A stretch of DNA of 64,000 bases from a virus: the IMG/VR virus record IMGVR_UViG_3300009545_000018, positions 51,224-115,223 of that record. One strand, 5' to 3'. The notes below the pieces were generated by a model. That model saw only the letters and a list, made by a program, of their open reading frames with translations. It searched no databases and was not told where the DNA came from. This document shows positions 19,291 through 29,116 of the stretch, piece after piece. The position numbers and the translations under genes were made by a program. Each line of letters begins with the position of its first letter. Positions within the stretch are counted from its first letter, which is position 1.

Positions 19291-19571
19291 TGTACAGAAT
19301 AGTCTGGGATCCTGAATATCATTATATTATACAAAAAAGATTTTTATATTTCTTTTGGTATACAATACGATATGATGGTGCATTATGTATTTCTTATTCG
19401 AAAAGAGAGCATGCAGAAGAAGTTTTAGAAAAATATATTGATAAAAAGAACTTGCAAAAATCTGGAATAAATCCAGATATAAAATATTATTTAAATAGTA
19501 ATAATAAATTGTTATCTGGAGATACTATTAATGAAGTAAATAAAAAGAGTAAGTTAAAGGCATTTTTATAA
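19290..19571 (+). CDS. small protein, KLKAF-tail family (KLKAFL); paralog of 19571-19846
   Basis: Shared MYRI...ERRFLYFFW block. Confidence 0.6.
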   Translation: MYRIVWDPEYHYIIQKRFLYFFWYTIRYDGALCISYSKREHAEEVLEKYIDKKNLQKSGINPDIKYYLNSNNKLLSGDTINEVNKKSKLKAFL

Positions 19572-19846
19572 TGTATAGAATTAGTTATCATCGAGTATAT
19601 AAATTTATAATAGAAAGAAGATTTTTATATTTTTTCTGGATTATAATACGAGATCAAGAAGGGAATTTTGGCTGGAATTACCCTACAAAAGAAGAGGCAG
19701 AAAAGGATCTACAAAAGTATTTAGATTTTAAAGCTACTAAAACAGATACTAATGTAAGTTATTATATGTTTCACAATAGTAAGTTGCTCTCTGGCACTTC
19801 AGTTAAGGAAGTAAAGAAAAAACGTAAATTAATAGGATTTTTGTGA
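19571..19846 (+). CDS. small protein, KLKAF-tail family variant (KLIGFL)
   Basis: Paralog of 19290-19571. Confidence 0.6.
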   Translation: MYRISYHRVYKFIIERRFLYFFWIIIRDQEGNFGWNYPTKEEAEKDLQKYLDFKATKTDTNVSYYMFHNSKLLSGTSVKEVKKKRKLIGFL

Positions 19847-20193
19847 TAGCAACCAGTTCTTCTAAAGAAGTTTGTATTTATAAAGCTTTTGAGTGTAAAT
19901 CATTATTAGAGTTTATGTTTTGTCTTAAGGAAGAATTAGTTCGTGGAATAACTTTTATATCATGCCTTAGAAATCAAGTCTCATGTGACTCAGAATTAGA
20001 TGCCATATTAAGTAATGATCATTTTTACCATGTTACAGAAGATGGGGTGGCATATTCAATATTAGATTATAATTATTATAACGGTTTTCTTTATAAAGAA
20101 ATTCGACTATTAAATACTGATAAATTCTATCAATTTATTAAGGATAATGCTGATCGAATCGATAAGCTATATAAAATGAAAGCTTTTATATGA
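19843..20193 (+). CDS. small protein, KLKAF-tail family (KMKAFI)
   Basis: ORF track. Confidence 0.55.
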   Translation: MIATSSSKEVCIYKAFECKSLLEFMFCLKEELVRGITFISCLRNQVSCDSELDAILSNDHFYHVTEDGVAYSILDYNYYNGFLYKEIRLLNTDKFYQFIKDNADRIDKLYKMKAFI

Positions 20194-20492
20194 ACACCAA
20201 AAATATAGTTGAAGCAAAGTCTATGATAGAGTGGTTGTGTTTAATTGCACATGAATTTATTAATAATAAAGATTTAACGATAGATACAGGGCTTATTGAT
20301 TTGTTATATCCTAAATATTATTATATAGAATCAAATGATAAGATCATAGCAATACCAAAAAAGCTTCATAATTGGAAGAGCATTAAAGATTTTGGGTTAG
20401 ATATTTCCGATGCGGAATATGATTTAATTGCATTTATTGCTCGTAATTGTGAAAAGCTAGATAAGATTTATAAATTGAAAGCCTTCATTTAA
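20190..20492 (+). CDS. small protein, KLKAF-tail family (KLKAFI, codons TTG/GCC/TTC)
   Basis: ORF track. Confidence 0.55.
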   Translation: MNTKNIVEAKSMIEWLCLIAHEFINNKDLTIDTGLIDLLYPKYYYIESNDKIIAIPKKLHNWKSIKDFGLDISDAEYDLIAFIARNCEKLDKIYKLKAFI

Positions 20493-20562
20493 TAATTTAT
20501 TTTTATAAAATGTCCCATCATTTGACGGCAGTAATTGGATAATTACAACATATTAATGTTTT

Positions 20563-20638
20563 GCCTTCGTAGCTTAATGGATAAAGTGCGATTTTTCTAA
20601 ATTCGAAGATATAGGTTCGAGTCCTATCGAAGGTACCA
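20563..20638 (+). tRNA. tRNA-Arg (anticodon UCU), CCA encoded
   Basis: 76-nt cloverleaf: acceptor GCCTTCG/CGAAGGT, anticodon loop TTTCTAA, T arm ATAGG-TTCGAGT-CCTAT. Confidence 0.7.
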
Positions 20639-20639
20639 A

Positions 20640-20864
20640 ATGAATTATGATGAAGCTTTTTTAAAGTTTAAAGAACAATATTCATCTCATCCTCGTGTGA
20701 TGAAAATCATGATGGAACAATTTGGAGGAGATGAATTTTGTGTACTTTATCATGACAAGCATGATACATCTTCACCCATTTCAGTAACCTCGTATGAGGG
20801 GTTTCCAGACTACTTTCGATCCATTAGTCAGCAAATTGCTGAATATGAGATAGGATTATTATAA
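20640..20864 (+). CDS. hypothetical protein
   Basis: Starts 2 nt after the tRNA. Confidence 0.45.
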   Translation: MNYDEAFLKFKEQYSSHPRVMKIMMEQFGGDEFCVLYHDKHDTSSPISVTSYEGFPDYFRSISQQIAEYEIGLL

Positions 20865-20994
20865 TGCCTTTTCACTTTTGTATTGATGAAGCTATGATGA
20901 TAATGGCAATGATTCCTTTTATAGGAATTTATTTTAAAAAACTTCACCTTTGGTATCATACCAAAGTAAAACATCGCAGTCATGATGGTCCCAA

Positions 20995-22650
20995 ATGAAT
21001 GATTATTACAACTTATTAAATACTTGTGCTAAGCCTGTTCCTGGATTAAAGACAAAAGCTATTGCTTTTTATGATGATTATAATTATCCGGTTTATTCAG
21101 AAGATACTTTTAAACCAGTAACTCAAAAAGCTAAATCTATTATCAATGGTATTACTTTACTTGAAAAGATAGATTTAAACAAATATGTTTCTTTAAGAGA
21201 GAATGTTGGAACAAAAGTTATTTGTTCCAGACTCTTAGAGCTAATTCAAGATCCAACAGATATTTCTCATCTTCCAGCTAAGTTCTGGGACGTGCATTTT
21301 CCTATCTTTGCTAGACCTTGTCCTTTAAAGCCTCGTCATGGATTCATAGATAGCAGAGTTATTTCGACTAAATCAGAATTAGAGAAATTACTTTCGGAAG
21401 TTAAATCAGTAGATCCAAAAGGCGAAATCATTTTAATGCCTTTTATTAAAGCTGATTATAATGCTATCTTGTGTAATAGCGGATACTTATCAATTGGTCC
21501 TGGTCATGACGGAGCTACTGCCGGCAATAATTCAGTTTCTTTTCCGGTAGCTCCAGCTAAAATTACTCAAAAAGTAAAGTTTAAATCTGGTTTGTCTTCA
21601 AAATCAACCGTTTTTATTGAGGCTGTCTTTAAAAAGCGTCGTTCGGCAAAACGTTTTGATTATGAATATAGTGTTAATAAATCATTTTTTATTACACAAC
21701 TACGTGGTGGTCCACCAGTTAGTGCGATGAATGATTTTATTCCAGAAAGAATGGATGTTAAAAAAGTAGTTATTCCACATAATAACTTATTAAAATGGGA
21801 GGCAGAAACTAAAAAATTCCCTAAAGGTACAGTTGTGTATGGTAAAGGTCATACTTTAGCTAGTCATGCAGCTATTCACTGCGCCATTAATAAAATACCG
21901 TTTATTACTTCTTTTGAGCCTCATGTTGGTGACAGTATTGCTCCTACCGCAATTAGTAAAGTAAAGTTTAATAAACAACAATTTTTACGTGGAGTTACAG
22001 CCGCTTTAGTTTCTAAAGTTAGTAAAAGAAAAATGCTGCACTTTGCAGCAGTGATACTCCATAATTGGAACTATCTTTCTACTTCAGAACATTCATCTTG
22101 GTTATTAGGCATAGCATCAGTTTATCTTTCGAAAATTTTATGTGCCTTATCATATGGTGAGTATCGGCATTGCCATGGAAAAACTTTAAAATTTAAGAAG
22201 ATTAAATCTTCCCGAACTAGAGGATCTATTTACTCTACCGTTATGGATGAAAAATCTTTTAGTTATTACATTAGAAATGCTTATAAAATTAAAAAAGAAT
22301 TTCAATCCAAAGCCAAATTTCGTCGGGGCTATGGTGGTAAGTTATGGGCAAATGCAGTTAAGCAATCCATTAATATCTGGAATACCATTGCTCTTATTCA
22401 AGATTCTAAAAACCTTACAACATCAAAAATTAAAAGCCTAATTAGTTTAGTTAACAAATCTATTAATTTAGTTCATAATAATGGTTGGTTATTTAATAAA
22501 ATAAGTGACAAATCGACTATGACAAAAATATCTGAACAACCAGGTCTTTCAGCGCTGGAATTAGCAGATGTATTTTATGAGCATTTACAAAAAGTAAATT
22601 CTACTAAAAAATTAAAACCTTTAACTAAAGTAAATCTTACAGAAAAATAA
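20995..22650 (+). CDS. large hypothetical protein (551 aa)
   Basis: ORF track; no motif recognised. Confidence 0.5.
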   Translation: MNDYYNLLNTCAKPVPGLKTKAIAFYDDYNYPVYSEDTFKPVTQKAKSIINGITLLEKIDLNKYVSLRENVGTKVICSRLLELIQDPTDISHLPAKFWDVHFPIFARPCPLKPRHGFIDSRVISTKSELEKLLSEVKSVDPKGEIILMPFIKADYNAILCNSGYLSIGPGHDGATAGNNSVSFPVAPAKITQKVKFKSGLSSKSTVFIEAVFKKRRSAKRFDYEYSVNKSFFITQLRGGPPVSAMNDFIPERMDVKKVVIPHNNLLKWEAETKKFPKGTVVYGKGHTLASHAAIHCAINKIPFITSFEPHVGDSIAPTAISKVKFNKQQFLRGVTAALVSKVSKRKMLHFAAVILHNWNYLSTSEHSSWLLGIASVYLSKILCALSYGEYRHCHGKTLKFKKIKSSRTRGSIYSTVMDEKSFSYYIRNAYKIKKEFQSKAKFRRGYGGKLWANAVKQSINIWNTIALIQDSKNLTTSKIKSLISLVNKSINLVHNNGWLFNKISDKSTMTKISEQPGLSALELADVFYEHLQKVNSTKKLKPLTKVNLTEK

Positions 22651-22651
22651 A

Positions 22652-23233
22652 ATGCTTAAATTTATGAAGACCTGCAATCATCAACCGAAAAAGATTTTTT
22701 CGCATGATGGAGTCAATTATTATTCTTCAGATGAAGATAATGCTATTTCATTTGACGGAGATTTAGTTGTTAATTTAACTCAATCGCCAGGGATTAGAAC
22801 ATTATCTGGTGCTTATGATATTCCCGCCTTATCTCCGCATTTGATACAACTACCTCCAGAAATAGTTCTTGGATGGATAGATATGTCTCGACCTCCAGTT
22901 AAAAGCTCTTTTTGGACAGCTTTACATCTTTATTGTAAAAATAATAAGTATAAAGATGTATTGTTCCATTGTGAGCATGGTCATGGTAGAACTGGAACCG
23001 CACTTTGTGCAATGCTAACGGCTCTTAAGCACACATCAATTAAAACTGCTATTGAGGAAGTCAGAGAGTCTCATTGTCAATTTGCAGTTGAAAGTGAAAA
23101 ACAAATTGAGTATCTTTTATTATTAGATAATGAATTAAATGGTAGGCTTCTTCCAGAAGAGGAAGAAGATCTTGAGAAATTAGTGGATAGTTTATTGCCA
23201 CCCAGATTAATTAATCGTTCACTAAAAGGATAG
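22652..23233 (+). CDS. protein tyrosine / dual-specificity phosphatase (CX5R)
   Basis: P-loop HCEHGHGRTG. Confidence 0.65.
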   Translation: MLKFMKTCNHQPKKIFSHDGVNYYSSDEDNAISFDGDLVVNLTQSPGIRTLSGAYDIPALSPHLIQLPPEIVLGWIDMSRPPVKSSFWTALHLYCKNNKYKDVLFHCEHGHGRTGTALCAMLTALKHTSIKTAIEEVRESHCQFAVESEKQIEYLLLLDNELNGRLLPEEEEDLEKLVDSLLPPRLINRSLKG

Positions 23234-23236
23234 ATA

Positions 23237-24388
23237 ATGTTAACTTTAAATATTTCAGATACAGATGTTACAACAGGATCGGTTCCAATTACTTGGTGTT
23301 TAGATAATGAAGACATCAAAAATATTATGGAATCATTTGATAATGATCCTATTGTTCTTATTGTAGTTGCTCCGCAACAGAGATATTCGGCAAGAAAAGA
23401 AATAAGATATATTGTTCCATTAAAAGATTTAATGACTTATATTTCTTTTAAAAGACCTGGTCCTAATAAAATTTTCGCGGCAGTTCTTGATATGGATATT
23501 AAAACTGCTCGCGATGTATTCCTACGAAAATATGATAGGGAATATTTATCTCATGCCCTTAATTATGAGGGAACAAAGATACAACATTCTAAATTTAATG
23601 AAACATCACTAGATGTAAATGTGCCAGAGGAAGCCTTTGCTCCAGAACCACCACAATGGGAAAAAGATTGGGTCCTTTGGTTGGTTAGTGATAAAGGTTT
23701 AGATCAATGTGATTTTCGTAAAAGAAAGATTTTTGCATACACATTACAGCCAATCATCTTTGCTTTAAATTATTTATTTAGAGCATTGTTGATCTTTATT
23801 TCTGCCTCGCTTTTGCTTGAAAGCTGTAGTCTTAAATTATTAACTAAACCATTACAAAATAATCTTTGTGATTCTTTTGATTTATTTTATGAACGCTGTT
23901 TAGCATTTGGTGAAACTAGGGAGTCTGGTTGGAAATTAACAAATCAACACTCTTGTACTTTTAAAAATTATACGTTGACTTGTTGGTATAGTTTTACTAA
24001 ATTTGGTGGATTACTATTTTTACCAGTATTATGGTTATGTGTTTTTGCACTTTATCATTTCTTTGGGGCGCATGTAATTATTAGTCTTGGCATTTTTTGT
24101 GCCATTAATATATTTTTATTGATTTTAGTGGGAGCATTAGGTACCTTGGTAGGAAAAATTGCTTGGACATTTATTAAGCGTGATGTTAAAGAAAAGACCA
24201 AGAACACTGACAATGTTAGTAAAAACAAAACCTTTTTTAATAAAAAAGAAATTGAATATATTGCTTGTAATCCAGTTAACATGCAACCATCTTATGTGAA
24301 AGTAGAAGCCTTGCCTATTCAAAAGCGCTCAATTAAATTGCGCTATCAACAACTTAAGTCCAAAATTTGTCGTCCATTTCCAGGATAA
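23237..24388 (+). CDS. membrane protein (several TM in central region)
   Basis: Hydrophobic segments. Confidence 0.5.
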   Translation: MLTLNISDTDVTTGSVPITWCLDNEDIKNIMESFDNDPIVLIVVAPQQRYSARKEIRYIVPLKDLMTYISFKRPGPNKIFAAVLDMDIKTARDVFLRKYDREYLSHALNYEGTKIQHSKFNETSLDVNVPEEAFAPEPPQWEKDWVLWLVSDKGLDQCDFRKRKIFAYTLQPIIFALNYLFRALLIFISASLLLESCSLKLLTKPLQNNLCDSFDLFYERCLAFGETRESGWKLTNQHSCTFKNYTLTCWYSFTKFGGLLFLPVLWLCVFALYHFFGAHVIISLGIFCAINIFLLILVGALGTLVGKIAWTFIKRDVKEKTKNTDNVSKNKTFFNKKEIEYIACNPVNMQPSYVKVEALPIQKRSIKLRYQQLKSKICRPFPG

Positions 24389-24392
24389 TCTT

Positions 24393-24773
24393 ATGTTTGC
24401 TTTAGGACATATTCATTTTAAAAAATATACTTTGTATGTAACTTTGCCTGTAATCTCTGAAGTAAAAGAATATCAGCAAGGGGCTGATAATCAATCATAT
24501 TATGAAGTGCTCTTATCAAAGAAGGAGTTACTTCAAGAAGGATCGACCATTCCAGTTACACAACTGTATAATTTTTATGTTGATATTATGTCGGAACCTC
24601 TTTTAAGAAGTGTTATGGAGGTTGATGAAAAACTTCATCCAATAAAGGATTTTACTGATATGGTTCAATATCAAGCTTATTTGGATCGTAAAAGTAGTTC
24701 TCAACCTTTATACAAACTATCTCATAAGAATGTAACTATGTTAATAGGTATGCTAGAGGTATTAGACAAATAA
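24393..24773 (+). CDS. hypothetical protein
   Basis: ORF track. Confidence 0.5.
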   Translation: MFALGHIHFKKYTLYVTLPVISEVKEYQQGADNQSYYEVLLSKKELLQEGSTIPVTQLYNFYVDIMSEPLLRSVMEVDEKLHPIKDFTDMVQYQAYLDRKSSSQPLYKLSHKNVTMLIGMLEVLDK

Positions 24774-24889
24774 AATTATAAATTATTTTAGGCGCCTCCC
24801 ATCGTCTAACGGCAGTAATATTATAATATAGACTTTAAGATAAGCTTTATTAATCCCCTCCTTTTTCTAATAGAGCTTATCTTAATTAT

Positions 24890-24975
24890 GCTATTGTGGT
24901 GTAATGGCAGCCACGTATCGCTTAGAACGATATGTCCGTAAGGACGTAGGGGTTCAAGTCCCTTCAGTAGCACCA
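24890..24975 (+). tRNA. tRNA-Leu (anticodon UAG), class II with variable hairpin GTCC-GTAA-GGAC; CCA encoded
   Basis: Acceptor GCTATTG/CAGTAGC, anticodon stem TATCG/CGATA with loop CTTAGAA, T loop TTCAAGT. Confidence 0.7.
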
Positions 24976-24982
24976 ATTTCAA

Positions 24983-25456
24983 ATGAAGTATTCAAAAGAA
25001 TTACTATCTAAACTAGTTTCTGAATGTACTACTGTTGCAGAGCTAATGAGAAAGTTAGGACTCCAACAATCTGGAGGAACACATTCATTTTTAACTAAAA
25101 GAATAAAATCATTTAGTATTGACACATCTCATTTTGTTGGTTCTGCTTTTAATGCGGGACTAAATCATGTAGGCGGTCCAGAGAAACTATGTTCAACAGA
25201 TGTTTTAGTCCTAGATAGGCTTAACGGTCAAAGAGAGAAATCTTTTAGATTAAAGAGAGCATTATTAGAATCTAACATAAAAGAAGAGTGTGAACAATGT
25301 GGTGTGAGTACTATTTGGAATAATAAACCAATTACACTTCATATTGATCATAGAGATGGTAATGGTCTAAATAATTGTATAGAAAATTTAAGGTTCCTTT
25401 GTCCTAATTGTCATTCTCAAACGGACAATTATGGATCTAAAAATATTGGAAAATAA
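24983..25456 (+). CDS. HNH homing endonuclease
   Basis: C-terminal HIDHRDGNGLNN...NLRFLCPNCH HNH motif; directly upstream of lysS with ATGA overlap. Confidence 0.7.
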   Translation: MKYSKELLSKLVSECTTVAELMRKLGLQQSGGTHSFLTKRIKSFSIDTSHFVGSAFNAGLNHVGGPEKLCSTDVLVLDRLNGQREKSFRLKRALLESNIKEECEQCGVSTIWNNKPITLHIDHRDGNGLNNCIENLRFLCPNCHSQTDNYGSKNIGK

Positions 25457-27075
25457 TGTCAGAAGAATCCCTTATAGAAACCCGTCGCCAGAAGCATATT
25501 AAAGCTAATGGTGGAACTTACCCCATTGCTAATGATAGTAATTCAATTGATGATATCATTGGGCATAATTTAATTATGCGGTTTAAACAACCAGAATCTG
25601 ACATTAAAACAACTATCTGCTTCTCTGATTTAGAAGGAGAAGAACTCGTTAAGGTTCATGGCAGACTAACCAGTATCAGAAATACTGGCGGCATTACTTT
25701 TCTTAAAATTAAAGATAATACTGGTGCAATACAAATAATTGTTTCAAAAAAAGAATTATCTAATTATAAAGATTTAGCTAATTTAGATTTAGGCGACATT
25801 GTTGAAGTCGAAGGTAAAGTGGTTTTTTCTAAGACCAAAGAATTATCGGTTCTTATGTCTAGCTGGATCTTATTGTCTAAAGCTATTAGACCTTTACCAG
25901 AAAAATATCATGGCATTACAGATGTAGAATTAAAATATCGCAAGAGATATCTAGATTTAATTTGTTCGGATGAGTCAAGAGAGATCTTTAAATTAAGGTC
26001 ACTTGTTATTTCTTCCATAAGAAATTTTTTAATTCAGGACGGTTTTATGGAAGTAGAGACTCCAACATTAAATATAGTTAATAGTGGGGCTAATGCCAAA
26101 CCATTCCAGACACACCACAATTCTTTAGATATGGATCTTAATTTGAGAATTGCTCCGGAGCTTAATCTCAAGCGATTAATTGTGGGAGGATTTGATAAAG
26201 TATTTGAAATTGGTAAGAATTTTCGTAATGAAGGGCTGTCTACTAGACATAATCCAGAATTTACTATGCTTGAATTTTATGAGGCTTATAGTAATTTTGG
26301 TAATTTAATAGATAAAACAATGCGGCTTTTCAATTATATTGAGGGTGATTTAGAAACTTACTATCAAAGTAAACCAGAAGAAAAAGTATTATTTGATAAA
26401 TGGAAAACTGCTCGCCCCTTTTCTTTTTCCTTTTGGAAAGAATTACCTATGTGGGATTTAGTACTTCATGCTTGTAATAAAGCAGAAATATTAATTCATC
26501 ACGGAATTCATCCTCTAGTAAAAGACAGCCCAACAGATGGTGCTCCTTTATTAGAAAGAATTAATTTAAATAATGAAAGATTATTAAAAATTGATTGGAA
26601 AGATTTGTTAGACAAATTAAATCTGGAAAAAGATAATGGTCAAATAATAGGATTATTATTTGAATATCTTGCTGAACCATTTCTTACTGAAGATTATAGA
26701 ACTGCTGATGGTACACATTCTTTGCCAGTCATTGTAACGCAATTCCCCACAGAGCTTTGTCCTTTAGCCAGAGCTTATGATAAAGCCCCAACATTATGTG
26801 AGCGTTTTGAGCTTTACATAGATGGCAAAGAAATTGCTAATGCCTTTCAAGAACTTAATGATCCAGTAGAACAAAGAAAAAGGTTTGATGAACAGCTAGT
26901 AAGCAATCAAAGAGATGCTATGGATATCGACAATGATTACATTGAAGCTTTAGAATATGGCATGCCTCCAACTGTTGGTTTGGGTCTAGGAATAGATCGT
27001 TTGGTAATGTTATTAACTAATTCATCATCCATTAAAGATGTAATTTTATTTCCTACAATGAAGCCATTAAAGTAA
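25456..27075 (+). CDS. lysS: lysyl-tRNA synthetase, class II
   Basis: Class II motif 2 FRNEGLSTRHNPEFTMLEFYEAY, motif 3 GLGIDRLVMLLT, N-terminal OB anticodon-binding region. Confidence 0.85.
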   Translation: MSEESLIETRRQKHIKANGGTYPIANDSNSIDDIIGHNLIMRFKQPESDIKTTICFSDLEGEELVKVHGRLTSIRNTGGITFLKIKDNTGAIQIIVSKKELSNYKDLANLDLGDIVEVEGKVVFSKTKELSVLMSSWILLSKAIRPLPEKYHGITDVELKYRKRYLDLICSDESREIFKLRSLVISSIRNFLIQDGFMEVETPTLNIVNSGANAKPFQTHHNSLDMDLNLRIAPELNLKRLIVGGFDKVFEIGKNFRNEGLSTRHNPEFTMLEFYEAYSNFGNLIDKTMRLFNYIEGDLETYYQSKPEEKVLFDKWKTARPFSFSFWKELPMWDLVLHACNKAEILIHHGIHPLVKDSPTDGAPLLERINLNNERLLKIDWKDLLDKLNLEKDNGQIIGLLFEYLAEPFLTEDYRTADGTHSLPVIVTQFPTELCPLARAYDKAPTLCERFELYIDGKEIANAFQELNDPVEQRKRFDEQLVSNQRDAMDIDNDYIEALEYGMPPTVGLGLGIDRLVMLLTNSSSIKDVILFPTMKPLK

Positions 27076-27082
27076 AATAATT

Positions 27083-28141
27083 ATGACTGAAATTTTATTA
27101 GCAAAACCAAAATTATCTTCTGATTTTATTGATTCTTCCGTTGGCGAGCCTTACATTATTCGCAAGCATCTCTTTGATATGTTTACATGGGACGAGGATG
27201 TTGGAGCTGTTGATCTATCATATCCTTTTCCTCAAGGATATGAGCCGTTAGTTAAGATGTTGGAAGATAAACATCAAGCTCCAGTTATTATAACAAATGG
27301 CGCAAAACAAGCCTTGGGTGGGGCTTTTTACTCTCTACAAAAAATGGGTAAAATTAGAATGGGAATGAGAAAGCCATATTGGGCACTCATTCCTCCACTA
27401 GCAGAAATGCATGGAATTGTTCCGACTTTTCCAAAACAAGATGTGGATTGTCACCCAAATTTAACAATAGCTAAATTTAAGGATGACTTTAATCCAAAAG
27501 ATTTAGATAGTTATTTATGTATAAATCCTAACAATCCTGATGGTTGGGTATCAAATGATATAGAAAATTTGTATTTATTATTTGAGAGTCACAAGATTCC
27601 ATTCATATTTGATGGCGCTTATTATCATGATATGTATATGCAAGGCACATATCCTAAACATAAGCAACTTGGTGACGTTCAAATTTATACTTTTTCTAAG
27701 TCTTTAGGTTTATCTGGACTTAGATTAGGGTACGCTGTTTGTCATAATACAGAGTTTTATAAACACATGTCTGCTTATATGGAAGCTATGACAGTTGGAG
27801 TATCAACTATATCTCAAAGATATCTTTATAATTTACTTCAATCTATGAATCAGGATCCGGAACTAGTTCGTTCTTTTGAAGAAAGATGTTTTCTTTCTTT
27901 GTTAGAAAACAAAAAAGAATGTTTAAATATTAATCCGGAAGTTTTGGAATTGCCAAGTAATTTTACAGATATTCCAGGAATGTTTGGATGGTGTAAAGTA
28001 GGACCTAAAGCTGATTTTAATAAAGCTAAAATTCATTTTGTTGGTGGTAAGTTATTTGGTGCTGAGGATATGATACGAATAAATTTAGCTTTTGAAAATC
28101 ATGTAATCAAAGATATTGTAAATAGATTGAATTCATTATGA
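27083..28141 (+). CDS. PLP-dependent aminotransferase, class I/II fold
   Basis: Lys-containing FSKSLGLSGLRLGY block typical of fold-type I aminotransferases. Confidence 0.55.
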   Translation: MTEILLAKPKLSSDFIDSSVGEPYIIRKHLFDMFTWDEDVGAVDLSYPFPQGYEPLVKMLEDKHQAPVIITNGAKQALGGAFYSLQKMGKIRMGMRKPYWALIPPLAEMHGIVPTFPKQDVDCHPNLTIAKFKDDFNPKDLDSYLCINPNNPDGWVSNDIENLYLLFESHKIPFIFDGAYYHDMYMQGTYPKHKQLGDVQIYTFSKSLGLSGLRLGYAVCHNTEFYKHMSAYMEAMTVGVSTISQRYLYNLLQSMNQDPELVRSFEERCFLSLLENKKECLNINPEVLELPSNFTDIPGMFGWCKVGPKADFNKAKIHFVGGKLFGAEDMIRINLAFENHVIKDIVNRLNSL

Positions 28142-28476
28142 AATCATTTGTAGCTGTTATTACTTGTCTAACTTCAGAATATCATAAAGCTATTTCTCCA
28201 TCTTTAATTACTTTAGGCTATGAAGTATCAGCCGGGGCAGCGTCTGGTAAAATATCTGTTGATAAATCGGCAATTTCAACTATAGGTTATTTATTAAAAA
28301 TTGAAAGTAAAAATGCTAACCAGGTTCGTGATGATATTAAACAGATATGTGATAGTAATAAAGTGTACTATTATTCTTGTGTGGTATTTCAATTATCAGA
28401 ATCTGCATGGTGTCTCGGAAACATAGAATGTGAAACAGATCCAACGAGAGTGTTACAATTAAAAGCATTATGGTAA
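28138..28476 (+). CDS. hypothetical protein with family-like tail LQLKALW
   Basis: ORF track. Confidence 0.45.
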   Translation: MKSFVAVITCLTSEYHKAISPSLITLGYEVSAGAASGKISVDKSAISTIGYLLKIESKNANQVRDDIKQICDSNKVYYYSCVVFQLSESAWCLGNIECETDPTRVLQLKALW

Positions 28477-28477
28477 G

Positions 28478-28681
28478 ATGACTAAAATTCCTTATGATTT
28501 AATTGCTATTGAAGCAGATAAATTAATTACGGAAATGGTGGTGTCTCCTATGTATGAACATAATGTTTTTTATATAAAATATTTATTTTATCTTAATGCT
28601 TGCGGGTGGACTGATAAAGAATTTGATCGTGAAACTCTTCGAAGAATAGATTGTTCTTGGGAGGAAAGGTTTTTAAATTAA
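28478..28681 (+). CDS. hypothetical protein
   Basis: ORF track. Confidence 0.4.
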   Translation: MTKIPYDLIAIEADKLITEMVVSPMYEHNVFYIKYLFYLNACGWTDKEFDRETLRRIDCSWEERFLN

Positions 28682-29055
28682 TGATTATTGTTATAATACT
28701 GTTGATGCTTTTTTGCCTAGCGGGTTTTCAAATATATCAAAGTAAACCTAAGCCAACTAAACCATTAGTTAAATTTAAAGTTGATGATATAAGTGTCACT
28801 TTATTTTTTGAAAAGGGACAAGAATTACATAAAAAATTTGAAGGTAGAGTATATAAAACATGTTATCCAACAGCGCACCGTGTGTTTTATTATTACGAAA
28901 CTGTTAAAGCAGAAGATACTATGTTGCGCTGGTTACAGAAAAATAAAGAAAGCGGATTTGTTGCCATTGATGATTCTACTCTATTACCAGTAGAACAAAT
29001 TACTAATATTAATATAGATAAATCTTCCAGAGAAATTGAGTTAGAAGCATTATGA
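28651..29055 (+). CDS. N-terminally membrane-anchored protein
   Basis: N-terminal TM. Confidence 0.45.
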   Translation: MFLGGKVFKLMIIVIILLMLFCLAGFQIYQSKPKPTKPLVKFKVDDISVTLFFEKGQELHKKFEGRVYKTCYPTAHRVFYYYETVKAEDTMLRWLQKNKESGFVAIDDSTLLPVEQITNINIDKSSREIELEAL

Positions 29056-29116
29056 AAATTTTGTTTATTATTATAATTCTTTCTGCATTTTATTTTATAT
29101 TGATGAAATCAGGAAA

